A stretch of DNA of 64,000 nucleotides. Source: an uncultured Bacteroidota bacterium. GTDB lineage: Bacteria; Bacteroidota; Ignavibacteria; UBA10030; UBA6906. Shown here in pieces: positions 20,128 to 28,491 of the stretch. The notes below the pieces were generated by a model. The model was given only the letters and a program-made list of their open reading frames with translations. It had not been told where the DNA came from and did not search any database. The stretch lies in NCBI GenBank assembly GCA_963700635.1, contig CAVOYH010000004.1:352001-416000 (forward strand), read 5' to 3'. Position 1 is the first letter of the stretch, and the number at the start of each line of letters is the position of its first letter. Position numbers and translations under genes: made by a program.

Positions 20128-20813
20128 TTTTCTCCTGTATAAATTGTGGCTATGCCAAAAGTCAGACGTTTCTCTTGCGGAGATCGGATGCCCGTCTCCC
20201 TCAATATGTCGAGGAACTCGTTTCCTTCAGGGAACTTCATGACGGTGTCCGGCAGGTATGTATATGCCGCCCGATCTCCCGAGATTGCCCGACCCAGAAG
20301 CGGAAGAATGCGGCGGAAGTAGAACAGGTAGAGCTGCCGGAGCGGAAAGACCGATGGTCTTGAGAATTCAAGTATCAACACCCGCCCGCCGGGTCGGATC
20401 ACGCGTCGCATTTCGCGTAATCCCTGAGGAAGATTTTCAAAGTTTCGTGCTCCGAACGCCACAATGGCGGCATCGAACGAATCATCCGGAAATTCCAGGC
20501 ATTCGGCCTCGCCGGGATTCAGACGAACCATATGGTCCACACCCTTCCGGCGGATTTTCTGTTGTCCGATGGCCAGCATCTTTCCGGCGATATCTATTCC
20601 CACAACCTCCTGCGGATTCAGGCGGAGGGACGCGATGGCAAAATCTGCTGTGCCGGTTGCCACATCCAGAATGCGGCGGGGTTGCAAGTCCAGCAGCGTG
20701 TCGATGGCTTTCTTCCGCCAGTAAAAATCCACCCCCCCGCTCAGCAGGTGGTTCAGCAGGTCATAGCGGTACGCGATGGCGTCGAACAGGGAACGGACGT
20801 AGTGTTTTTCCAG
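20124..20813 (-). CDS. menG: Demethylmenaquinone methyltransferase (UbiE/MenG); probable CTG start
   Basis: LDVATGTAD, AFGARN, LEFS and AYTYLPDTV motifs. The conserved N-terminus EKHYVRSLFDAIAYRYDLLNHLLSGG continues upstream of the GTG at 20732 to a CTG at 20813, with no in-frame ATG/GTG/TTG before an upstream TAA. Confidence 0.9.
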   Translation of the reverse strand: MEKHYVRSLFDAIAYRYDLLNHLLSGGVDFYWRKKAIDTLLDLQPRRILDVATGTADFAIASLRLNPQEVVGIDIAGKMLAIGQQKIRRKGVDHMVRLNPGEAECLEFPDDSFDAAIVAFGARNFENLPQGLREMRRVIRPGGRVLILEFSRPSVFPLRQLYLFYFRRILPLLGRAISGDRAAYTYLPDTVMKFPEGNEFLDILRETGIRSPQEKRLTFGIATIYTGEK

Positions 20814-20870
20814 GGGAATAGTGGTGCAGTTATGAGTACAGAGTTATGCGTTGAATGCCGGCGCATCCGC

Positions 20871-20899
20871 AAAGTACGGAATAAGGGTCAAATATCCAA
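20871..20899 (-). promoter_or_regulatory. sigma70-type promoter for menG-mqnD
   Basis: Minus strand TTGGAT-N17-TACTTT. Confidence 0.5.
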
Positions 20900-20901
20900 T
20901 C

Positions 20902-20930
20902 TTGACTTTCTCACCCTCTTGCCGTACTCT
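20902..20930 (+). promoter_or_regulatory. sigma70-type promoter, probably leaderless, for the aro operon
   Basis: TTGACT-N17-TACTCT, then 6 nt, then ATG at 20937. Confidence 0.7.
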
Positions 20931-20936
20931 GAATGT

Positions 20937-22022
20937 ATGAACCGGAATCTTCTCGTACGTTTGCCGGGGGGGAAAGACCGCACATATCCTGTCCTGATTG
21001 AGCCGGGGCTACTAAAAAAGCTTCCCACGCTTCTGAACGATCGGTGGAAAGGGCGCGCACTGTTTGTGGTGACCGACACGAACGTCGGTCGGCTGTATGG
21101 CCGTGCGGTAAAGCGCAGACTCCAGCGCGCAGGCCGTGATGTCACGCTCATTGAAATCCCCGCGGGCGAAAAATCGAAATCCATCGATATGTATCATGCG
21201 CTTTTGACCGCGCTTCTCGAGAATCATGTTCGCAGATCAAGTGTTGTGGTTGCGCTCGGGGGCGGGGTTGTCGGGGACCTTGCGGGCTTTGCAGCCGCAA
21301 CAGCTCTGCGCGGTGTGACATTTGTTCAAGTGCCGACGAGTCTTCTGGCCCAGGTCGACAGCAGCGTCGGAGGCAAAGTCGGTATCGACCATCAGTTGGG
21401 GAAAAACCTGATCGGTGCTTTTTTCCAACCTTCCCTCGTGATCATTGATCCCGCCGTTCTGAAGACCCTTCCGGCGGCCGAATTCAGGAACGGCATCGCG
21501 GAAATCGTCAAGATTGCAGCCGCGCTGGACAAGAGGTTTTTTGCACTTCTCGAACGGCGCGCACACCAGTTGAAACCGGCAAATGTCCAACTTCTGACAT
21601 CCGTGATTGCCACGTCCGTCGGATTAAAAGCTGCCGTGGTGATGAAGGATGAGCAGGAGGCAGGGCTGCGAAAAGCCCTGAACCTGGGTCATACGTTCGG
21701 CCATGCACTCGAAGCCGCAAGCAAGTTCCGCCTGCGGCACGGGGAAGCTGTGGCGGCAGGGATGATCCTGGAAGGCAGGATTGCGGTCACGACCGGCCTT
21801 CTGCCCCTCGGTGAGTTCAGGCGGTTGCAGCGCCTGCTGGATGCAGTCGGCTTGCCCACCCGGTTACCCTCCGGTCTGAATGTGAAGAGTGTGCTGGATC
21901 ACCTTGCGCTCGACAAAAAAGCGGACGCTGACGGCCCGTTGTTTGTCCTACCGAAGATCATGGGAATGTCGGCGATAGATGTACCGGTTCCCGTTCGTCT
22001 TATCCGCTCCGTTCTCGTATGA
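20937..22022 (+). CDS. aroB: 3-dehydroquinate synthase
   Basis: GEKSKS, ALGGGVVGDLAGF, PTSLLAQVDSSVGGK, GKNLIGAF, LNLGHTFGHA and HGEAV motifs. Confidence 0.96.
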   Translation: MNRNLLVRLPGGKDRTYPVLIEPGLLKKLPTLLNDRWKGRALFVVTDTNVGRLYGRAVKRRLQRAGRDVTLIEIPAGEKSKSIDMYHALLTALLENHVRRSSVVVALGGGVVGDLAGFAAATALRGVTFVQVPTSLLAQVDSSVGGKVGIDHQLGKNLIGAFFQPSLVIIDPAVLKTLPAAEFRNGIAEIVKIAAALDKRFFALLERRAHQLKPANVQLLTSVIATSVGLKAAVVMKDEQEAGLRKALNLGHTFGHALEAASKFRLRHGEAVAAGMILEGRIAVTTGLLPLGEFRRLQRLLDAVGLPTRLPSGLNVKSVLDHLALDKKADADGPLFVLPKIMGMSAIDVPVPVRLIRSVLV

Positions 22023-23497
22023 TTATCGTGACCATCACGGGAGTGACACTCAGCGACGCCCTCCGGCAGGTACAACGGTCTTCCCGTTATGCGGACATGA
22101 TGGAGCTGCGGCTCGATATGATCGGGCATGAAGCGGGCACCGCGATTCTCCGGAGCAGCCGGAAGCCATGTATCGTGACGTGCCGTCCGGCTCGCGAGGG
22201 AGGTTTGTATGAGGGAGATGAGCACACTCGCCTGGGCCTGCTCGGGGAATCGGCGCGCGCCGGAGCTGCGTACGTGGACATTGAGCATGATGCTCTACGG
22301 GAGTTTCGCGGATGGCTCAAGGCGGCCCGTGTGTCCACAAAACTTATTGTTTCAAAACATGTTTTTGACGGCCACATCCCCGACATCCGCAAAGAATACA
22401 GAACCCTCCGCGCTGCGCGTGCTGACGTTGTGAAGTTCGCCTTTATGGCCTCAGATGCCTGGCAGCTGGTCCTGGTGCGGGATTTTTTGAACATGGCCCG
22501 CACTGACCGGCAGAACGCCATCGCCCTTGCCATGGGCGGCCCGGGGGAAGCGAGCCGGATACTCTACAAGGTTCTCGGCGGATGGGCTACCTATGGTGCA
22601 CCGGAACAGGGCGCGGGTTCAGCCTCCGGACAACTCCCTGCCCGCACGCTGCGCACCGTCTTCCGCGCCCATACGCGTACCAGGCGCACCAGAGTTTTTG
22701 GTCTCGTCGGGAATCCTGTTGCACAGAGCAAGGGCATCTATATTCATAACCCTCTGTACCATTCAGCCGGATATAACGGCATCTATGTACGATTTGCGGT
22801 CACTGATGTTGCCCGGTTCATGAAAGAGGTGGGTCCTTCTCTGTCAGGATGCAGCGTCACCCTTCCACACAAGACAGAGATGATGCGGTATTGTTCTTCA
22901 TCGACCGCCAGCGCCGCGGCGATAGGAGCCGTGAATACGATTGTCCGGACTCGTGACGGTTGGTTTGGGGCAAACACAGACGCTCATGCCGCTCTGGATG
23001 CCATCGAGCAGAGGGTGCGTGTACGGGATACGCGTGTTGTTATCCTGGGCGCGGGCGGAGCGGCACGGGCAATTGCCGCAGAGGCAAAACGCCGCGGTGC
23101 CGCTGTGGTGATAGCCAACCGGACTGCGGCAAACGCACAGGCCATGGCGGCCGAGCTGGATGTGGAGTGGACTTTGTTGAACAACGCGACGGACCTCCGG
23201 CCCGATATTCTTGTGAATACAACCCCGGTCGGAATGTGGCCCGAAGTGCACTGCACACCGGTGCCCGTAATACCGGGAAGTGTGCAACTTGTCTTTGATG
23301 CCATCTATAATCCTGCCATGACCCGTTTGCTTGAGATGGCAAAGGACCGGGGTGTAGAGGTGGTGACCGGGGTGGAGATGTACGCACGGCAGGCCGCTGA
23401 GCAGATCCGCCTCCTCACCGGTGTGCGGGTCACCGTCTCCAGGATCCGGCGTTTATTCGAGACTGCCACAACCGCTCCCCCCGGGGCCAGGTCCTAA
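22019..23497 (+). CDS. aroDE: Bifunctional type I 3-dehydroquinate dehydratase / shikimate dehydrogenase (AroD-AroE fusion)
   Basis: N-terminal half: ELRLD, TCR...EGG, YVDIE, SKH, DVVKFA and AMG. C-terminal half: GNPV, SVTLPHK, GAVNT, NTD, GAGGAARA, NTTPVGM and DAIYNP. Confidence 0.9.
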   Translation: MIIVTITGVTLSDALRQVQRSSRYADMMELRLDMIGHEAGTAILRSSRKPCIVTCRPAREGGLYEGDEHTRLGLLGESARAGAAYVDIEHDALREFRGWLKAARVSTKLIVSKHVFDGHIPDIRKEYRTLRAARADVVKFAFMASDAWQLVLVRDFLNMARTDRQNAIALAMGGPGEASRILYKVLGGWATYGAPEQGAGSASGQLPARTLRTVFRAHTRTRRTRVFGLVGNPVAQSKGIYIHNPLYHSAGYNGIYVRFAVTDVARFMKEVGPSLSGCSVTLPHKTEMMRYCSSSTASAAAIGAVNTIVRTRDGWFGANTDAHAALDAIEQRVRVRDTRVVILGAGGAARAIAAEAKRRGAAVVIANRTAANAQAMAAELDVEWTLLNNATDLRPDILVNTTPVGMWPEVHCTPVPVIPGSVQLVFDAIYNPAMTRLLEMAKDRGVEVVTGVEMYARQAAEQIRLLTGVRVTVSRIRRLFETATTAPPGARS

Positions 23498-23509
23498 CGC
23501 CACCCTCCC

Positions 23510-24778
23510 ATGTCAACTCCACGGATCATACAACCGGCAGCCTCCCTCAATGGGCACATGCGTGTTCCCGGTTCTAAAAGTATAACGAACCGGGCGCTGG
23601 TTTGCGCGGCGCTGGCGGAGGCCGGGTCGGTCATCCGCAATCTGTCGGACAGCAGTGACACCGCGATGATGATCAACGGACTAAACCAGATGGGAGTGCT
23701 GGCGAGACGGTCGGGCGACGTAACGGAAGTGCAGGGTACAGGAGGGAGACTCTATGCGCCGCGATACCCCATTCCTATCGGAAATGCCGGAACGACGCTC
23801 CGCTTCCTCCTTTCCGTGGCGGCCCGTGCGTCGGGAACGACGGTGTTTGAAGGAACGGAGAGAATGGCCCAGCGGCCGATACAACCTCTGCTTGATGCGC
23901 TGGCCGGTCTTGGAGTCCGGATCGAATTCCAGCAGGCGCACTCTCGGTATGTCGTTCACGGCGGAATCGTGCGTGGCGGGAGGACGAAGGTTGCCGGTGA
24001 TCTGAGTTCGCAGTTTGTTTCATCCCTGTTACTGGCCTCGCCCGGAATGGAGAACGGACTGCTTCTGGAAGTACCGGGTGTTCGTATTTCCGCACCGTAT
24101 GTGACAATGACGATCCGGGTAATGCAGGCCTTCGGTGCCGGGGTTCGTGTGGACCAGGGACGATTCGAGATTCCGGCCGGCACCAGGTATCACCCGGCCG
24201 AGTATACCGTAGAGGCGGATGCATCCAGCGCCACATATCCCTTCGCAGCAGCCGCGATATGCGGGGGATCCGTATCCGTTGCGGATCTCGCCGAAGATTC
24301 GATGCAAAGTGATGTTGGCTTTCTTGATGTGCTTGAACGAATGGGATGTACCGTAAACCGGGAGGGAAGGCATGTTACCGTTACCCGGTCCGGGGCGTTG
24401 TGCGGAATCGACGTGGATATGAACGAGATGCCCGACGCCGTCCCTGCGCTGGTTGCAGCAGCGCTTTTCGCGGAGACCCCGACACGCATCCGGAATGTCG
24501 CACATCTGCGGTTTAAGGAGTCGGACCGGCTCGGAACGCTCGCAGAAGAGCTGACGGGGCTCGGGGCAGACGTGAGCGTGGTGGAGGATGGGCTCGAAAT
24601 CCGCCCGGCCCGGCTACACGGCGCAACACTTGATCCGCATGAAGACCACCGGTTGGCAATGCTTTTTGGCTTGATAGGGTTACGGATCCCGGGGATCGTC
24701 GTGGAGCAACCGGAATGCGTGCAGAAGTCGTATCCCCGATTCTGGGAAGAGCTGGACAAACTTTCTGTTCATCAATAA
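23510..24778 (+). CDS. aroA: 3-phosphoshikimate 1-carboxyvinyltransferase
   Basis: PGSKSITNR, GNAGTTLRF, SSQFVS, DASSA, LRFKESDR, DHRLAM and KSYP motifs. Confidence 0.96.
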   Translation: MSTPRIIQPAASLNGHMRVPGSKSITNRALVCAALAEAGSVIRNLSDSSDTAMMINGLNQMGVLARRSGDVTEVQGTGGRLYAPRYPIPIGNAGTTLRFLLSVAARASGTTVFEGTERMAQRPIQPLLDALAGLGVRIEFQQAHSRYVVHGGIVRGGRTKVAGDLSSQFVSSLLLASPGMENGLLLEVPGVRISAPYVTMTIRVMQAFGAGVRVDQGRFEIPAGTRYHPAEYTVEADASSATYPFAAAAICGGSVSVADLAEDSMQSDVGFLDVLERMGCTVNREGRHVTVTRSGALCGIDVDMNEMPDAVPALVAAALFAETPTRIRNVAHLRFKESDRLGTLAEELTGLGADVSVVEDGLEIRPARLHGATLDPHEDHRLAMLFGLIGLRIPGIVVEQPECVQKSYPRFWEELDKLSVHQ

Positions 24779-24804
24779 CAATATTTAATTTCGTATCTTT
24801 GGTC

Positions 24805-25995
24805 ATGGCTGGAAACTCGTTCGGAAAATATTTCCGTATTACCACCTTCGGTGAAAGCCACGGTCCCGCTCTGGGCGTGCTCATTGATGGCGTGCGTCCC
24901 GGGAAACGATTCAGCGTTGCGGCGATTCAGCGGGAGCTCGACCGCCGGCGTCCCGGGCAGAGTACGCTGACAACACCCCGGAGAGAACCTGACAGGGTTG
25001 AAGTGCTCAGTGGAGTTTTTGAGGGAAAGACCACGGGTATGCCGATTTGCCTGATCGTTCGGAACACGGATCAGCGTCCGATGGCGTATGAGAAGATCAA
25101 GGCCATGTTCCGGCCGGGACATGCGGGGTACACCTATCTGGCGAAATTCGGAGTTGCCGACTATCGTGGAGGCGGGAGATCTTCTGGGCGAGAAACGGTT
25201 GCGCGTGTTGCGGCGGGGGCAGTGGCGAAAGAATTTCTGGCCGCCCGGGGGATTGAGATCATCGGTCACACGGTCGAGGTGGCGGGCATACGGGCCCTGG
25301 GGTTCGAGCAATCGGTGATTGAGCAGAATCCGCTGCGGTGTGCGGATCCGCGCGCTGCGGAGGAGATGGAGAGGGCAGTGATGGCTGCCCGTGATGAAGG
25401 CGACTCTGTCGGAGGAATTGTGGAAGTGATCGTGCGTCGGTTGCCGGTCGGGTTGGGAGAACCGGTCTTTGACAAGCTGGACGCCGACCTCGCGCATGCG
25501 TTGATGTCCATTGGAGCGGTCAAGGGTGTCGAGTTTGGAAACGGATTTGCTGCGGCGAAACTCAAGGGGAGCGAGAACAACGATCCGATCTTCTCTGATC
25601 CATCGTCGGGGCGTATCCGGACCCGAACCAACAATGCAGGTGGTATCGCCGGAGGGATTTCAAACGGCGAGGATGTCGTTGTCCGGATAGCGGTGAAACC
25701 CACGTCGTCAATCCGTAAAGAGCAGGAGACGGTCACGCTCGACGGGCAACCCGCGCGCATCTCCGTGCATGGCCGGCATGACCCATGTATCTGTCCGCGA
25801 ATCGTGCCCGTTGCGGAATCCATGGTAGCTCTGACTCTGCTGAACCATCTAACCAGGCATCAGATTCTCCGGGGGGGCGGAAAAAAGGGCGAGCTCCGAG
25901 AAATGCTCTCGCTCATTGAACAGGACATGGCTCTTCTGAAGGAGATGCGGAAATGGGTTTCTGCCGCGGTCGGAAAACGAACAGCACGGGTGTAA
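24805..25995 (+). CDS. aroC: Chorismate synthase with a ~45 aa C-terminal extension
   Basis: TFGESHG, RPGHA, GGRSSGRET, GLGEPVFDKL, GGISNG, KPTSS and GRHDPC motifs. Confidence 0.96.
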   Translation: MAGNSFGKYFRITTFGESHGPALGVLIDGVRPGKRFSVAAIQRELDRRRPGQSTLTTPRREPDRVEVLSGVFEGKTTGMPICLIVRNTDQRPMAYEKIKAMFRPGHAGYTYLAKFGVADYRGGGRSSGRETVARVAAGAVAKEFLAARGIEIIGHTVEVAGIRALGFEQSVIEQNPLRCADPRAAEEMERAVMAARDEGDSVGGIVEVIVRRLPVGLGEPVFDKLDADLAHALMSIGAVKGVEFGNGFAAAKLKGSENNDPIFSDPSSGRIRTRTNNAGGIAGGISNGEDVVVRIAVKPTSSIRKEQETVTLDGQPARISVHGRHDPCICPRIVPVAESMVALTLLNHLTRHQILRGGGKKGELREMLSLIEQDMALLKEMRKWVSAAVGKRTARV

Positions 25996-26082
25996 TATGA
26001 ATACGCAGACGATCCGGAGAGAGTGTGTCCCTCCCCCGTTTATCGGGCTTCTCGGCACATCGCTGGAAGATGGGGTGCATGC

Positions 26083-26790
26083 GTGATAGAACTCCGGAAT
26101 GTGGCAAAGAACTATGGATCATTCGTTGCGGTCGACAACATCTCCTTAACAATCCCTCCCGGAGAATTTTTCGGATTTCTTGGCCCGAACGGCGCCGGGA
26201 AAACCACGACGATCAAGATGCTGACAGGTCTCAGCCGTCCGACTTCCGGATCGTGCCTGATCAACGGGTTTGATGTGCAGACTCATCCGGTGGACGCCAA
26301 GAGGTCCTTTGGTTACGTGCCTGATCAACCGCACCTGTATGAACGACTGACAGGCCGGGAATTTTTGTTTTTTGTCGGCGGATTGTTCAAGGTCAGCGGA
26401 GACGTTCTGCGGGCTCGCATTGAACAGTACGCCGAATTGTTCGAAATGGAGCCCTTTCTGGACAAGCCCGCAGAGGAGTATTCTCAGGGGATGAGACAGC
26501 GGGTGGCGATTGTCGCGGCATTGGTGCATGATCCGCTCGTGGTCATCATCGACGAGCCGTTACTGGGGCTTGATCCACGGAGTGGATGGCTGGTGAAGAA
26601 GACTCTCAAAGAGCTGACCCAGAAGGGACTGACCGTATTTATGTCCACCCACCTCCTCCGGGTTGTCGAAGAGCTGTGTGACCGGATTGTTATTATCAAG
26701 GAAGGCAGGATCATCTACGAGGATGCCTCAAAGTCCTCATGGGGTGACGATGGCCAGCTTGAGAAGACTTTTCTTCACATCACACGATAG
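26083..26790 (+). CDS. ABC transporter ATP-binding protein
   Basis: Walker A GPNGAGKTT, signature YSQGMRQR, Walker B IIDEP and H-loop STH. Confidence 0.93.
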   Translation: MIELRNVAKNYGSFVAVDNISLTIPPGEFFGFLGPNGAGKTTTIKMLTGLSRPTSGSCLINGFDVQTHPVDAKRSFGYVPDQPHLYERLTGREFLFFVGGLFKVSGDVLRARIEQYAELFEMEPFLDKPAEEYSQGMRQRVAIVAALVHDPLVVIIDEPLLGLDPRSGWLVKKTLKELTQKGLTVFMSTHLLRVVEELCDRIVIIKEGRIIYEDASKSSWGDDGQLEKTFLHITR

Positions 26791-26795
26791 CCTCC

Positions 26796-28481
26796 ATGCA
26801 CGCACTCTTGCTCTTGCTGAATGTCCGGGCCATGATGCTGATCAAGAACATCACCGACCTGCGCTGGCATTCCCTCAGCAAGAACATTTCTTCTGTCGTG
26901 ATTTTTGGCAGTGTGGCCGTTGGCACCTTTGTCTTTGTCCGGATCTTTACGGTCTATCTTGTTCACCAGGTTCAGGTTGATCTGTATTCTCTTCACGGAT
27001 TTCTCTCGTTCGTGCTCCTCAGCTTTTTTCTTTCGGTCAACATGGTAGGCCTCCTGGTGAGCTACGCAACCCTGTACACGGCGGATGATGTCCCGTTCCT
27101 GCTGGGATTGCCGGTTTCGCACACGGCTGTGTTCGGTGTGCGTATGGTGGAGAATATCGTCACCAGCGGGGCGACCCTGACCCTGCTGGGAATGGCAGGG
27201 GTTCTTGCATACGGGTCGGTCTTTCATCTGGGTTTCTGGCAATACCTGCTCATTATGTTTGGCGTCTTTCTCCCCTTTGTGTTGATTGCCGGAATGCTGG
27301 CAGTGATGACCCTGACAGGTCTTATCCTGATGGCTGCCCGGATCGGTGTCCGCTGGATGGTCGCGCTTGCAATCCCGGCGTACGTCGGCGTGACAGCGTT
27401 CCTTCTGCAGAACGTCGACCCCATGTTGCTGATCCGGTCTGCGACGCTTCCGTCCGGCGGATCGTTAGGCAACACAGGCGGGGGAGGTGCGGCTGTTCTG
27501 CTCTGGCTGCCCAGTGAATGGGTTTCGCGTGCTCTACAATCTCTGGTTCAGCACCGGCCTGCAGAGGCCTTGTCGTATGTGGGTCTCCTGCTGCTGCTGC
27601 TCGGGCTTCTCGCTGCGGCAGCGGTGCTGGTAGGTCGGAGGTGGTACTATAGTTCCTGGCTTGCGGCGGCAGAGATGCGCTCGCGCAGGAATTCGGCGAC
27701 GGGCTGGTTCCGCTTCCGGCTCATGGAATTCGGCCGTTTCTGGGGCTACCGGCCGCATCTTGAGGCCGTTCTGAAACGTGATTTCTGGATGTTCTTCCGG
27801 GATCCGGTCCAGCGGATGCACCTGCTCCTGATGGTCTTCCTCGTGTGTGGTGTGGTGTTCTCACTCCGGTCGTTTGATGTGGCTATCATTCGTCCGGCGT
27901 CGCAGGTGCTTTCCTTCGTCACGGTCTTTGTGTTTGTTGGCTTCGTTGTCAGCTCGATGATTCTCCGGTTTGTCTTCCCTGCGGTGAGCCTCGAGGGAGA
28001 CGCCTTCTGGGCGGTGCGCACCGCACCGATTACACTCTCCCGCCTGTACTGGATGAAGTTCATCATTGCACTTCTCCTGGTGTTGGTGCCTGCGGAGTTG
28101 ATGATCATTGCCACACTCCCGGCCTTGCGGGGTCCTTCTTCGTTGCTCCTGCTTGCCGTCACCGGCATGGCTGGTGTTGTGGTTGCCCTGGTGAGCCTCA
28201 ATCTTGGATCGGGCGCGTACTATGCAACGTTAAAGGAAAAGAACCCGGTTAAAGTTGCGTCATCACAGGGAGCATCAGTGACCTTTCTCGGAAGTCTCGT
28301 GATTCTGGTTGTCATCGCCGGTATGCTCGCGCTGCCGGCCTCGGTTGCGACGGGAGTCATATCACAACGATCCCCCCTGGGCGCTCAACTCGTGGCTCTG
28401 GGCGGGACGGTATTGATTGCGTGCGCTGTGACAATCCTCTCGCACCGCCTGGGTCTTCGGGCACTGCGGAAAGACTATTAG
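26796..28481 (+). CDS. ABC-2 type exporter permease (multi-pass membrane protein)
   Basis: About 12-14 hydrophobic segments, with KRDFWMFFRD and SLEGDAFW motifs. Directly follows the ATPase. Confidence 0.8.
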   Translation: MHALLLLLNVRAMMLIKNITDLRWHSLSKNISSVVIFGSVAVGTFVFVRIFTVYLVHQVQVDLYSLHGFLSFVLLSFFLSVNMVGLLVSYATLYTADDVPFLLGLPVSHTAVFGVRMVENIVTSGATLTLLGMAGVLAYGSVFHLGFWQYLLIMFGVFLPFVLIAGMLAVMTLTGLILMAARIGVRWMVALAIPAYVGVTAFLLQNVDPMLLIRSATLPSGGSLGNTGGGGAAVLLWLPSEWVSRALQSLVQHRPAEALSYVGLLLLLLGLLAAAAVLVGRRWYYSSWLAAAEMRSRRNSATGWFRFRLMEFGRFWGYRPHLEAVLKRDFWMFFRDPVQRMHLLLMVFLVCGVVFSLRSFDVAIIRPASQVLSFVTVFVFVGFVVSSMILRFVFPAVSLEGDAFWAVRTAPITLSRLYWMKFIIALLLVLVPAELMIIATLPALRGPSSLLLLAVTGMAGVVVALVSLNLGSGAYYATLKEKNPVKVASSQGASVTFLGSLVILVVIAGMLALPASVATGVISQRSPLGAQLVALGGTVLIACAVTILSHRLGLRALRKDY

Positions 28482-28491
28482 GAGCATTCCG

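Noticed and set aside
20532-20936. 135 aa N-terminal extension of aroB in the ORF track (could have been an AroK fusion)
   Set aside because: It overlaps menG on the other strand, has no Walker A motif, and a promoter sits directly before ATG 20937.
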